Assembly (NCBI GenBank): GCA_942491855.1
Contig: CALOCL010000041.1
Location: 81,024-145,023 of the forward strand
DNA: 64,000 bases
From: an uncultured Bacteroidales bacterium
Lineage (GTDB): Bacteria > Bacteroidota > Bacteroidia > Bacteroidales > GCA-2711565
Reading direction: 5' to 3'
A program made the translations under genes and the position numbers. Numbering within the stretch: the first letter of the stretch is position 1; the number at the start of each line of letters is the position of its first letter. Below the pieces are notes generated by a model. That model was given only the letters and a program-made list of their open reading frames with translations, was not told the DNA's origin and searched no databases. Shown here piece by piece: positions 22,390 through 32,169 of the stretch.

Positions 22390-22419
22390 GGTCCGAAATC
22401 TGGAAAGAGTATGATCGCA

Positions 22420-22492
22420 TCGAACTTGTCGAGATGTGACTTTTAAACGCAATCTAATATTTAACCCAGTTCTCGACAGGCTCGAACTGACA
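22420..22492. repeat. REP-like inverted repeat pair
   Basis: TCGAACTTGTCGAGA (22420-22434) and TCTCGACAGGCTCGA (22471-22485) are 13/15 inverted repeats, followed by ACTGACA. They resemble extragenic repeat families common in Bacteroidota. Confidence 0.6.
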
Positions 22493-22811
22493 TGCCTGAA
22501 AAAAATATTGTCATTCTGGTTGCGAGAAGTGAAATACCGAAATTTAAATGGTTAAAGGTAGATTCATGCATTCGCAGGAACTACATTCTTGTTTTAAGGG
22601 AAAATTAAAATATCACTCCGTTTAAAACAGAATTTAAAATGCCACCTTCTCGAAACCTTCCTGCTGGAGTAAAGACTTACACGATTTCTAGGAAATTTAA
22701 AAATAATTAACTGCCTATTGGTTTTGAGATAACATGCTGCTTCTTTTTCTTTTTGATGATTCGCAATTGGTGTACTAATAATCAGTACTTTTGCACCTCC
22801 AAAAAAGAACT

Positions 22812-24602
22812 ATGCAATCAATTCGAAATATAGCCATTATCGCTCACGTTGATCATGGCAAAACTACCCTCGTCGACAAGATCATCGCTGAATGTAAAAC
22901 ACTGGATTCAAGAGTGGACGCGGGAGAACTAATCTTAGATTCCAATGATTTAGAACGGGAAAGAGGAATTACCATCCTCTCGAAAAATGTTTCTGTTAAT
23001 TATAAAGGAGTTAAAATCAATATCATTGATACCCCTGGTCACGCCGATTTTAGTGGTGAGGTAGAACGTGTGCTTAAAATGGCTGATGGCGTCTTGCTGC
23101 TGGTCGATGCATTTGAAGGCCCAATGCCTCAAACCCGTTTTGTACTTGGTAAATCACTGGCCTTAGGAATGCACCCAATCGTTGTGATTAACAAGGTTGA
23201 TAAGTTAAACTGTCGCCCCGAAGAAGTCCAGCAGGATGTTTTCGAATTGATGTTTAACCTTGATGCAACTGAAGAGCAATTAGATTTTGTTACTGTTTTT
23301 GGATCATCCAAGCAGGGCTGGATGAGTAATGATGTGAATAAACCAACCACGAATATCATTCCTTTACTGGATTGTATTTTAGAAAATGTACCAGAGGCAC
23401 CTTATGTTGAAGGAACTCCACAGATGCAGATTTCTTCTCTAGATTTTTCAAGTTATGTAGGACGTATCGCTATCGGAAGAATATTCAGAGGGGTTGTTAA
23501 AGAGGGAGAATATTACATCCTGTGCAAGAAAGCCGGAAAACGAAGCAAAGAAAAAATTAAAGAATTATTTATTTTTGAAGGACTGGGTAAAACAAAAGTT
23601 AAAGAAGCAAGATCAGGTGATATTTGTGCCATCGTAGGCATTGAAGACTTTGAAATTGGAGATACCATCGCGGATTTAGAGGCTCCGGAACCATTGCCAC
23701 GTATCGCCATTGATGAACCAACCATGAGCATGTTGTTCGCGATTAACAATTCCCCATTCCTGGGACAAGAAGGTAAGTTTGTTACTTCTAGGCATCTACG
23801 TGATCGTCTTTTTAAAGAAATGGAAAAGAATTTGGCACTACGTGTTGAATCCACTGATTCTGAAGACAAATTTAATGTTTTTGGTCGCGGGATTCTGCAT
23901 CTTTCTATCCTTATTGAAACCATGCGTCGTGAAGGTTATGAATTTCAAGTGGGAAAGCCAAAAGTTATTTTTAAAGAAATTGACGGAATTAAATGCGAAC
24001 CTTTTGAAACTTTAGTTATCGATGTACCAGATGAATTTGCGGGAAAAGCGATAGAACTGGTAACTCAAAAAAAAGGTGAATTGCTCATCATGGAGCCCAA
24101 AAGCGATTTGCAACATCTTGAATTCAATATTCCGGCTCGTGGTTTAATTGGTTTAAGAAACAATGTTTTAACTGCTACTACCGGAACTGCTGTAATGACC
24201 CACCGTTTTAATGGTTATCAGGCCTACAAAGGTGATATCAAAGAAAGAATGGCCGGATCGCTGATTGCTATGGATGGAGGTCAAGCTCTGGCCTTTGCAT
24301 TATTCCGCCTGCAAGATAGGGGCAAGTTTTTTATTGCACCACAGGAGCAAATTTACAAAGGACAGGTGATTGGTGAACATACCCGCGACAACGACCTGGA
24401 GGTTAATGCCACTAAAGGGAAGAAGTTAACCAACATGCGTGCATCAGGTAGCGACGAATCAACCAAGGTTTCTCCAAAAATTACTTTTTCACTAGAAGAA
24501 GCCATGGAATACATTAAAGATGATGAATACTTGGAAGTTACACCTAAGAATTTAAGAATGAGGAAGATTGTTTACAAAGTGGTTAAATTCCAGAAACAAT
24601 AA
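22812..24602 (+). CDS. typA: translational GTPase TypA/BipA
   Basis: IAHVDHGKTT, LERERGITI, DTPGHADF, NKVD, GRGILHLSILIETMRREG, EVTPKNLRMRK; ATG 22812 lies downstream of TACTTTTG. Confidence 0.97.
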   Translation: MQSIRNIAIIAHVDHGKTTLVDKIIAECKTLDSRVDAGELILDSNDLERERGITILSKNVSVNYKGVKINIIDTPGHADFSGEVERVLKMADGVLLLVDAFEGPMPQTRFVLGKSLALGMHPIVVINKVDKLNCRPEEVQQDVFELMFNLDATEEQLDFVTVFGSSKQGWMSNDVNKPTTNIIPLLDCILENVPEAPYVEGTPQMQISSLDFSSYVGRIAIGRIFRGVVKEGEYYILCKKAGKRSKEKIKELFIFEGLGKTKVKEARSGDICAIVGIEDFEIGDTIADLEAPEPLPRIAIDEPTMSMLFAINNSPFLGQEGKFVTSRHLRDRLFKEMEKNLALRVESTDSEDKFNVFGRGILHLSILIETMRREGYEFQVGKPKVIFKEIDGIKCEPFETLVIDVPDEFAGKAIELVTQKKGELLIMEPKSDLQHLEFNIPARGLIGLRNNVLTATTGTAVMTHRFNGYQAYKGDIKERMAGSLIAMDGGQALAFALFRLQDRGKFFIAPQEQIYKGQVIGEHTRDNDLEVNATKGKKLTNMRASGSDESTKVSPKITFSLEEAMEYIKDDEYLEVTPKNLRMRKIVYKVVKFQKQ

Positions 24603-24632
24603 TTATCGGTATTTTATTTAATACAGAAACAA

Positions 24633-24663
24633 AAAAAAGTCGGCTGATTGGGCCGACTTTTTT
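24633..24663. terminator. bidirectional intrinsic terminator
   Basis: AAAAAAGTCGGC-TGATTGG-GCCGACTTTTTT between convergent typA and peptidase genes. Confidence 0.85.
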
Positions 24664-24681
24664 CGCTTAAAAACGAAATTT

Positions 24682-25866
24682 CTATTCCTTAATCTTTTTC
24701 ATAATTTGCTTTGGAATCACATCTTTATGAACATAAATGGATAAGGTTTTGTACAGTACGAATGATTCGGAAACATACTCATATCCTTTGTTCTTACCTT
24801 TTGTTCCCCACGAATTTTTTACGTAGTAGTATAAATTATCAAGCTGATCTTTGGCCATTCCCATAATCAACATGGCGTGATCATCGGTAGTAATAAAATT
24901 ATCGTAGCCAGCCTGACGGAATTCTTGAGTTACTTCCTTTTGTTCAGCCGGAGCGTTTAGGAATTCTTTTTTCTTTTCTTTGTCCATTTTACTTACATCT
25001 TCTTTTGGAAAAGTCCAGATTCCATCCTGACGACCGGTAAATTCATCTCCCATATCACTGGCCCAGGCTACTGAGTAACCTTTTTCAATGGAGTTTTTGA
25101 TGATGCTTCTTAAATCGGCAAGTGGAACATTCATGGCTTTTGCCTGACTCCAGTTATCCGGAACTTCCAACACAAATTCTGAATAGAAAGGGAAGTGGTT
25201 GAAAGAGGTGAGTAAAATATAATCATCCGGATTAAAATCTAAAAACTTGGCAAAAGATTTGGGTGTGTAAGTCTTTCCTTGATACTCGAATGATTTGGGA
25301 GGGGCACCCAACCATGTTCCCAATAATGCTTTAAATCCTTTTTCCCACATCGGAGAAACATAACTTACTTCTTTGTATGATTTGGACTGAGCATCCCATG
25401 ATCTTTTGATTGAAACACTTTTAAGGTAAGCGCTTAGAACCCTGGCAAATTCTTTGTGATTGTGTGTTTCAGTGCCATACTGTAAACCGTTGTAAACAGA
25501 ATTTGGAATAGCCCCATAGATTCGAAACATGTCAGGAACATCGTTTAAGGCACCTCCTTCAGGGAAATTAGCTATGTCGTATCTTTTTAGTCGAACATAC
25601 CTGTTAGCTTTGTAATAATAGGCATTGTATACCGTAAACATGGGCGAAAGTTCATGAACACCCTTTCCTTTGCGAATGGCTTCTGTTTCAATAAATGAGG
25701 TTAAGGCAAATGACCAACAGGTACTGGTTCTGCTTTGATTTTTAATGGGTGTTGTTTTAAGTGTTTTTATCATCTTAAACTCGTAGGAATTTTCCTCCTG
25801 AGCACTTAAGCTTCCGATAAAAAACAAAGAAATAAAAACAATTAATAGGTGATTTTTTAGGTACAT
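24682..25866 (-). CDS. exported C1-family cysteine aminopeptidase (PepC/bleomycin hydrolase-like)
   Basis: Signal peptide; NQSRTSTCWSF (Gln/Cys), DDHAM (His), VKNSWG (Asn). Confidence 0.9.
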   Translation of the reverse strand: MYLKNHLLIVFISLFFIGSLSAQEENSYEFKMIKTLKTTPIKNQSRTSTCWSFALTSFIETEAIRKGKGVHELSPMFTVYNAYYYKANRYVRLKRYDIANFPEGGALNDVPDMFRIYGAIPNSVYNGLQYGTETHNHKEFARVLSAYLKSVSIKRSWDAQSKSYKEVSYVSPMWEKGFKALLGTWLGAPPKSFEYQGKTYTPKSFAKFLDFNPDDYILLTSFNHFPFYSEFVLEVPDNWSQAKAMNVPLADLRSIIKNSIEKGYSVAWASDMGDEFTGRQDGIWTFPKEDVSKMDKEKKKEFLNAPAEQKEVTQEFRQAGYDNFITTDDHAMLIMGMAKDQLDNLYYYVKNSWGTKGKNKGYEYVSESFVLYKTLSIYVHKDVIPKQIMKKIKE

Positions 25867-26111
25867 AACTTTTTAGGTTTAGGATTTTTTACAAATTAAC
25901 GGATAGTAGATTTAAAATAAAAACCAAATCGATCAATGATTTAGTTTTCTTGTCGAAACACAAAAATAAAACATACTTACTTTAAGCTTACAATTTGATT
26001 ATTTTCTGTTTAAAAATATTACTAATCGTAAATTTTTACCTAAATTAAAATTCTAATTTCCTGATATTTATTAAAATAGAAATTTCTTCTTGTTTTTTTA
26101 GAAAAACGCTA

Positions 26112-26119
26112 TACTTTTG
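26112..26119 (+). promoter_or_regulatory. sigma70 -7 element of the arg operon
   Basis: TACTTTTG (TAnnTTTG), 8 nt before the leader ATG. Confidence 0.7.
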
Positions 26120-26127
26120 TCAACTCA

Positions 26128-26238
26128 ATGGTAAAGTCAAAAACATATCAGATATTCAACCAACAGCCGATGCTGGTGGCTGGTACGATATTGCCTTTTA
26201 CCACCACCTTAAGACATAGACGCCCGTTCCGGGCATAA
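26128..26238 (+). CDS. putative Arg-rich leader peptide (36 aa, MVKSKTYQIFNQQPMLVAGTILPFTTTLRHRRPFRA)
   Basis: Translated by hand. All four Arg codons (AGA, AGA, CGC, CGG) lie in the last 8 codons. A hairpin GCCCG-TTC-CGGGC overlaps them and a second hairpin follows at about 26248-26266. Confidence 0.75.
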   Translation: MVKSKTYQIFNQQPMLVAGTILPFTTTLRHRRPFRA

Positions 26239-26328
26239 TTTATTTTTGCGGGGTTACGTACCCTGCCATTTCAACATACATATTCTTATTCATTTTATTC
26301 TTTAGTTAAAGAATCCACTTTTATTATC

Positions 26329-26997
26329 ATGAAAATAACTATTGGTGTGGCAAATAACAGCCACCTCTATTTTGCAAAGGAGATTTGCAAAATGATTGAA
26401 GATGCCTCAAAAATACGAGGCACCGGTATCGCAAAACGTGAGCCAGTTTACATCCGTCAAAAAATTATCGATGGCAAAGCCGTCATTGCAATGGACGGTG
26501 AGAAACTTATTGGCTTTTGTTATATTGAAAGCTGGGAGAAACAAAAATTTGTTGCCAATTCCGGCTTAATTGTTCATCCAGAGTATCGTAAGACCGGGCT
26601 TGCACGAAAAATTAAAGCAGCCATTTTTGACTTGTCGAAACAAAAATTTCCTAATGCCAAATTTTTTGGGATTACCACAAGTCTTGCCGTCATGAAAATC
26701 AATTCTGACCTTGGATACAAACCCGTAACATTTACCGAACTAACTAAGGATGATAGTTTTTGGAAAGGCTGTGAGAGTTGTGTAAACCATGACATACTGA
26801 TGAGAACGAATAGAACTATGTGCCTTTGCACAGGTATGGTTTGTAATCCAACCACGCTGCCAATTAATAATCATCAGGTTCGCAAAAAAGAGTTCTGGAG
26901 TTACTTTAAAACCTTTTTATCTGAAAGAAAAAAACGAATTAGAAATAAAGCAAAAGAATACCCAATCATCAATGAATATCAAAATGAAAAACAATAA
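26329..26997 (+). CDS. GNAT N-acetyltransferase, probable short N-acetylglutamate synthase (ArgA substitute)
   Basis: GLIVHPEYRKTGLA acetyl-CoA motif; FWKGCESC...CLCTGM; first gene of the arg operon. Confidence 0.75.
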   Translation: MKITIGVANNSHLYFAKEICKMIEDASKIRGTGIAKREPVYIRQKIIDGKAVIAMDGEKLIGFCYIESWEKQKFVANSGLIVHPEYRKTGLARKIKAAIFDLSKQKFPNAKFFGITTSLAVMKINSDLGYKPVTFTELTKDDSFWKGCESCVNHDILMRTNRTMCLCTGMVCNPTTLPINNHQVRKKEFWSYFKTFLSERKKRIRNKAKEYPIINEYQNEKQ

Positions 26998-28180
26998 CGT
27001 ACTACTTGCATTTAGTGGAGGCCTCGATACTTCGTACTGTTTAAAATATCTCACTAAAGATAAAAAGTTAACGGTTTATTCGGCCATTGTGAATACAGGT
27101 GGATTTTCAAAACAGGAGCTAAAAGAACTTGAAGAGAAGGCTTATGCTCTGGGTGCCGTGCATCATTCCGCGCTTGAAGAAACCAAGGCCTACTACGATA
27201 AAATTATCAAATATTTAATTTTCGGTAACGTATTAAAAAATAACACTTACCCGCTATCCGTAAGTGCCGAAAGGGTTCACCAGGCCATAGCTTTGGCAAA
27301 GTATGCGAAGAAAATTGAAGCCCGTTACATTGCACATGGAAGTACCGGTGCAGGTAATGATCAGGTAAGGTTCGATCTCATCTTTCAACTCATAGCTCCT
27401 GAAATTGAAATTATCACACCAACCCGGGATTTGAAATTGACCCGTGAATTCGAGATCAACTATCTCTCATTGAATGGAGTGAAGATGGATTGGGAATCTA
27501 CAGAATATTCAATTAACAAAGGACTATGGGGAACAAGTGTGGGAGGAAAGGAAACATTAACCTGCCATCAACCTTTACCAGAAAAAGCTTATCCCAGTCA
27601 ATTGAAGACAAAAATTCCGAAACTAATTAAACTGGAATTTAAAAATGGGGAATTGTGTGGATTAAACAGAAAAAAAATGTATCCCATTGAGATCATCCAA
27701 AAGCTCGATGAAATGGCTGGTGAATACGCTATTGGACGAGATACACACGTGGGAGATACCATCATCGGGATTAAAGGCAGGGTAGGGTTTGAGGCTGCAG
27801 CGGCCAGTATCATCATCAAAGCACATCACCTGCTCGAAAAACATACCCTTTCGAAATGGCAGCTTCATTACAAAGAGCAGATAGCCAGCTGGTATGGCAT
27901 GTTTATTCATGAGGCTCAATACCTTGACCCCGTAATGAGGGATGCAGAAGCCTTTTTAGAATGCACCCAAAAGAATGTTTCGGGTTTTGTGAGTATTGAG
28001 TTGCACCCGTATCGTTTTGAGGTTTTAGGAATAAAATCAGAAAATGATTTAATGAGCTCAGAATTTGGTGAATACGGTGAAATGAATAAAGCGTGGAGCA
28101 GCGATGATGTGAAAGGATTTACTAAAATACTGGCCAATCCAATTCAAATTTTTAATAAGGTCAATAAAATAAAATGGTAG
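26984..28180 (+). CDS. argG: argininosuccinate synthase
   Basis: LAFSGGLDTS, AHGSTGAGNDQVRF, YSINKGLWG, IKGRVGFEA. Confidence 0.96.
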   Translation: MKNNNVLLAFSGGLDTSYCLKYLTKDKKLTVYSAIVNTGGFSKQELKELEEKAYALGAVHHSALEETKAYYDKIIKYLIFGNVLKNNTYPLSVSAERVHQAIALAKYAKKIEARYIAHGSTGAGNDQVRFDLIFQLIAPEIEIITPTRDLKLTREFEINYLSLNGVKMDWESTEYSINKGLWGTSVGGKETLTCHQPLPEKAYPSQLKTKIPKLIKLEFKNGELCGLNRKKMYPIEIIQKLDEMAGEYAIGRDTHVGDTIIGIKGRVGFEAAAASIIIKAHHLLEKHTLSKWQLHYKEQIASWYGMFIHEAQYLDPVMRDAEAFLECTQKNVSGFVSIELHPYRFEVLGIKSENDLMSSEFGEYGEMNKAWSSDDVKGFTKILANPIQIFNKVNKIKW

Positions 28181-29152
28181 TAGCTGGAATAATAGGAGGT
28201 AGTGGATTTGTAGCCGGAGAGCTGATTCGTTGTTTGCTGCATCACCCTGAATTTGAAATCGACTTCATTTACAGTCATTCGAATGCCGGAAAAAAGGTTT
28301 ATGAAATTCATCAGGATATGGTAGATCAGCCAAGCCTGGAATTCACAAATAAGGTAAACCTGAAAGCGGATGTAATTTTTCTTTGCCTAGGTCATGGTAA
28401 TTCAACCCAGTTTTTGAAAAATCACAAGTTTTCTAAAAAAACAAAAATTATTGACCTGAGTAATGATTTCAGGTTAAAAAAGACGGCTGAATTTCAGAAA
28501 AGGAAATTTACTTACGGATTGGTCGAACTAAACAAGTCAGAAATTTCAGCGGCTCAACAATATAGCTAATCCCGGATGTTTTGCGACGGCAATACAACTG
28601 GCAATTTTACCCTTAGTAAAATACAGTCAGACTTTAAATGATATTCATATCCATGCCATTACCGGTTCAACCGGTGCAGGACAAACTTTATCTCCAACAA
28701 CAGCACATAGCTGGAGGAATAATAATCTTTCGGTTTACAAGGCTTTTAAGCACCAGCATCTTTCTGAGATCAAAGAAAGCATTTCAAAGTTTCATGATCC
28801 TGAAAATTCGGAGTTAAACTTTATCCCTTACCGAGGTGACTTTACTCGTGGAATTTTCACCAGTATTTATACTGAAACCAATTTTTGTGAAAAGGAATTA
28901 AAGGCTCTCTATTCCGAATACTATCGTGATGCCAGGTTTACGCATCTAATTGAAAATGATTTGAACTTAAAGCAGGTAGTAAATACCAATAATTGCTTAA
29001 TCCAGGTACAAAAAATCGAGAATAAGGTTTTTATTAATTCAGCCATTGACAACCTATTGAAAGGTGCGGCCGGACAGGCCATACAAAATATGAATCTGAT
29101 GTTTGGTTTAGAAGAATCATTAGGACTAAACCTAAAAGCGAGTTATTTCTAA
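28174..29152 (+). pseudogene. argC: N-acetyl-gamma-glutamyl-phosphate reductase, frameshifted in this sequence
   Basis: GGSGFVAGEL...DLSNDFR in frame 1 ends at TAA 28567-28569. From 28562 another frame reads IANPGCFATAIQL...GSTGAG...HQHLSEI...DNLLKGAAGQAIQNMN to 29152. Confidence 0.92.
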
Positions 29153-29173
29153 AAATATTAATCCAATAAAAAA

Positions 29174-30316
29174 ATGAAAATGTTTGATGTTTATCCACGA
29201 TACCCAATAAATATTGTTAAATCGCAAGGAGTTTATTTATGGGATGATCAGGGCCAAAAATACCTTGATTTATATGGAGGCCATGGCGCGATTTCCATTG
29301 GTCATTCCCAACCGGCTTTTAAGTCGGCCATCCGAAGGCAAATGAATAAGATTGGCTTTTATTCAAACTCCATTGAGATGCCAATACAGCAGGCCTATGC
29401 GAATAAACTTGCCGCATTGAGCTCATACGATAGCTACCGCTTGTTTTTGTGCAATTCAGGAACGGAGGCCAACGAAAATGCCTTAAAACTTGCATCTTTC
29501 CATACTGGGAAATCTCGTGTAATTGCTTTTAAAAATAGTTTTCATGGAAGAACTGCGGCATCATTAAACATAACAGATCAGGCAAATATTTCTGCACCGA
29601 TCAATCAACCGCAATTTCCTGTCGATTTTATTGATTTAAACAATACTAAGCAGTTAAAAGAAACTTTAAAGCAAAACGATATTTGTGCGGTGATTATGGA
29701 AGGCATTCAAGGGGTAGGTGGGTTGGATATGCCCACAAAATCATACCTTAAGTTACTTTCGGAGCTATGTATTGAAAAAGGAATTTTGCTCATTCTGGAT
29801 GAAATTCAAAGTGGATTTGGCAGAAGTGGAAAATTCTTCGCTCATCAACATTTTGATATCAAAGCCGATATCATCACGATGGCAAAAGGAATGGGAAATG
29901 GATTTCCAATCGGAGGTGTACTCATTAATCCGGCCATCCAAGCCAAACATGGAATGCTGGGAACTACTTTCGGGGGTAATCACTTAGCTTGTGCAGCATC
30001 TATGTCGGTTGTTACGGTCATGCAAAAAGAAAGCCTGATTGCAAATGCCGACAAAATTGGAAAGCACCTGGTTAAAGATTTAAAGAAAATTCCTAACATT
30101 AAACAGATTAAAGGAAAAGGTTTGATGCTTGGTGTGGAACTTAATATTCCGGCTAAACCTATCCGGGATAAACTACTGAAAGATCATTTTATTTTTACAG
30201 GAGCATCTGCAAATCCAAACTTGCTTAGAATTTTGCCCCCATTGTCAATTACCCCTGAAGAAATAAACATATTCCCAAAAGCCTTGGATTCGGTTCTAAA
30301 ATCAATGGAAGTTTAA
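29174..30316 (+). CDS. argD: acetylornithine aminotransferase
   Basis: NSGTEANE, SFHGRT, DEIQSGFGRSG, TMAKGMGNG (PLP Lys), GTTFGGN. Confidence 0.92.
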   Translation: MKMFDVYPRYPINIVKSQGVYLWDDQGQKYLDLYGGHGAISIGHSQPAFKSAIRRQMNKIGFYSNSIEMPIQQAYANKLAALSSYDSYRLFLCNSGTEANENALKLASFHTGKSRVIAFKNSFHGRTAASLNITDQANISAPINQPQFPVDFIDLNNTKQLKETLKQNDICAVIMEGIQGVGGLDMPTKSYLKLLSELCIEKGILLILDEIQSGFGRSGKFFAHQHFDIKADIITMAKGMGNGFPIGGVLINPAIQAKHGMLGTTFGGNHLACAASMSVVTVMQKESLIANADKIGKHLVKDLKKIPNIKQIKGKGLMLGVELNIPAKPIRDKLLKDHFIFTGASANPNLLRILPPLSITPEEINIFPKALDSVLKSMEV

Positions 30317-30318
30317 AG

Positions 30319-31101
30319 ATGAAAGAACAATTAGACATCATTAAGATTGGAGGAAATATTATCGACAATGAATATTCGCTGGATGCAGCACTGGAGAATT
30401 TCGCTCAAAACAAAAACCGTAAAATTCTGGTTCATGGAGGTGGCAAAATGGCAACCCGCTTTAGTCAAAAATTGGGGATAAAATCCAATTTGGTGAATGG
30501 GAGGAGGATTACTTCGGATGAAGATTTGGAATTAGTTACCATGGTTTATGCAGGCCTCATCAACAAGAAAATTGTTGCAAAACTGCAAGCATTAAGTTGC
30601 AATGCCATTGGACTTTCCGGCTGTGATGGTGGAAGTATTTTAGCCGAAAAACGTCAGCACTCCGACATTGATTATGGATTTGTAGGCGATATTGGATTTG
30701 TTAATTCAGCGCAAATCGACACGCTAATTACCAATGGTTTTTATCCAGTTTTTTCAGCGATAACCCATGATGGAAAAGGGCAATTACTCAACACGAATGC
30801 CGACACCATTGCGGCCAAACTGTCCATTGCATTTGCTCAAATTTATGAAGTACGTCTGCTTTATTGCTTCGAAAAGGATGGAGTTTTATCTGATCCAGGC
30901 GATGAATTCTCAGTAATTCCATTCTTTGATGAATCCTACTTCAAAGAGTTAAAAATGAATGGTTTTATCAGTGAGGGCATGATTCCAAAATTGGACAATT
31001 GTTTTGATGCCCTTGAACAAGGAGTTTTGGAAGTATTCATCGGCAATTCAGACATCATTAATAACAAAGCACAAAACTTTACTAAACTCACACTAAAATG
31101 A
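30319..31101 (+). CDS. argB: acetylglutamate kinase
   Basis: KIGGN, VHGGG, GRRIT, LLNTNADT, GMIPKL. Confidence 0.95.
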   Translation: MKEQLDIIKIGGNIIDNEYSLDAALENFAQNKNRKILVHGGGKMATRFSQKLGIKSNLVNGRRITSDEDLELVTMVYAGLINKKIVAKLQALSCNAIGLSGCDGGSILAEKRQHSDIDYGFVGDIGFVNSAQIDTLITNGFYPVFSAITHDGKGQLLNTNADTIAAKLSIAFAQIYEVRLLYCFEKDGVLSDPGDEFSVIPFFDESYFKELKMNGFISEGMIPKLDNCFDALEQGVLEVFIGNSDIINNKAQNFTKLTLK

Positions 31102-32159
31102 ATACGATCAAACTTAAAGATGACTCGATTAAACTGCTCAGGAGTCTGATCAAAATCTCTTCATTTTCGGGAGAGGAAGACAGAACAAAAGCTCAACTTA
31201 AATCCTTTTTAGAAAAAAGAAAGATTAAGGTTTTTGAAAGCAAGAATAATATTTGGGCATCTAACAAGCATTTTTCTGTGAATAAGCCAACAATACTGTT
31301 GAACTCTCATCACGATACTGTTAGGCCAAATGAGGGCTATACCAGAGATCCGTTTGACGCAAAAATAGAGAATGCTAAACTGTTTGGTTTAGGAAGTAAT
31401 GATGCCGGTGCCAGTTTGGTTTCTCTGCTTGCATTGTTCCTGTTTTTCTACGAACGTGATGATTTAAATTTCAATTTGCTTTATGCCGCAACTGCTGAAG
31501 AGGAAAGCTCGGGGCTAAATGGCTTAAACAGCATCCTTCAATATTTACCAAAAATTGATTTTGCAGTGGTGGGCGAACCTACTGAAATGCAGTTGGCCAT
31601 TGCTGAAAAAGGATTGTTAGTGATAGATGCAGTTGCACCTGGGATCGCTGGGCACGCAGCCCACACCAATACCGAAAATGCGATTTACAATGCCGTTAAA
31701 GATATTGATTGGATTCGAAATTATGAATTTTCAAAAATTTCAGAATCACTCGGAAAGGTTAAAATGACGGTGACCCACATTATTGCAGGCCAAGCGCATA
31801 ACGTAGTTCCGGGTGAATGTAAATTTGTGATTGATGTGAGGGTTACGGATCAATACACCAATCAGGAAGTTTTTGAGATCATCGATAAAAATACCATGAG
31901 CAATGTAAAAGCCCGTTCCTTCAATTTAAATTCATCTTCCATTGATCCAAATCATGCCATAGTAAGGGCAGGAGTGGAGCTAGGACGAAAAACTTATGGT
32001 TCACCAACTTTATCTGACCAGTCAGTTTTAAATTGTCCATCTTTAAAGCTTGGACCGGGTAAGTCAACACGTTCGCATCAGGCTAATGAATTTATAAAAC
32101 TCGATGAGATTGATGAAGCCATTGATCTTTACATAAAAATATTTGAAAAAATTCTTTAA
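31098..32159 (+). CDS. M20 deacylase (ArgE-like: acetylornithine or acylcitrulline deacylase)
   Basis: NSHHDTV, GSNDAG, AEEE, GEPT, GHAAH, SHQANE; lies within the arg operon. Confidence 0.85.
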   Translation: MNTIKLKDDSIKLLRSLIKISSFSGEEDRTKAQLKSFLEKRKIKVFESKNNIWASNKHFSVNKPTILLNSHHDTVRPNEGYTRDPFDAKIENAKLFGLGSNDAGASLVSLLALFLFFYERDDLNFNLLYAATAEEESSGLNGLNSILQYLPKIDFAVVGEPTEMQLAIAEKGLLVIDAVAPGIAGHAAHTNTENAIYNAVKDIDWIRNYEFSKISESLGKVKMTVTHIIAGQAHNVVPGECKFVIDVRVTDQYTNQEVFEIIDKNTMSNVKARSFNLNSSSIDPNHAIVRAGVELGRKTYGSPTLSDQSVLNCPSLKLGPGKSTRSHQANEFIKLDEIDEAIDLYIKIFEKIL

Positions 32160-32169
32160 ATCTATAAAA

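Noticed and set aside
26260-26310. ARG box (ArgR operator) before the arg operon
   Set aside because: TACAT-N6-ATTCA has the wrong spacing for TGMAT-N4-ATKCA and is expected by chance in AT-rich DNA.
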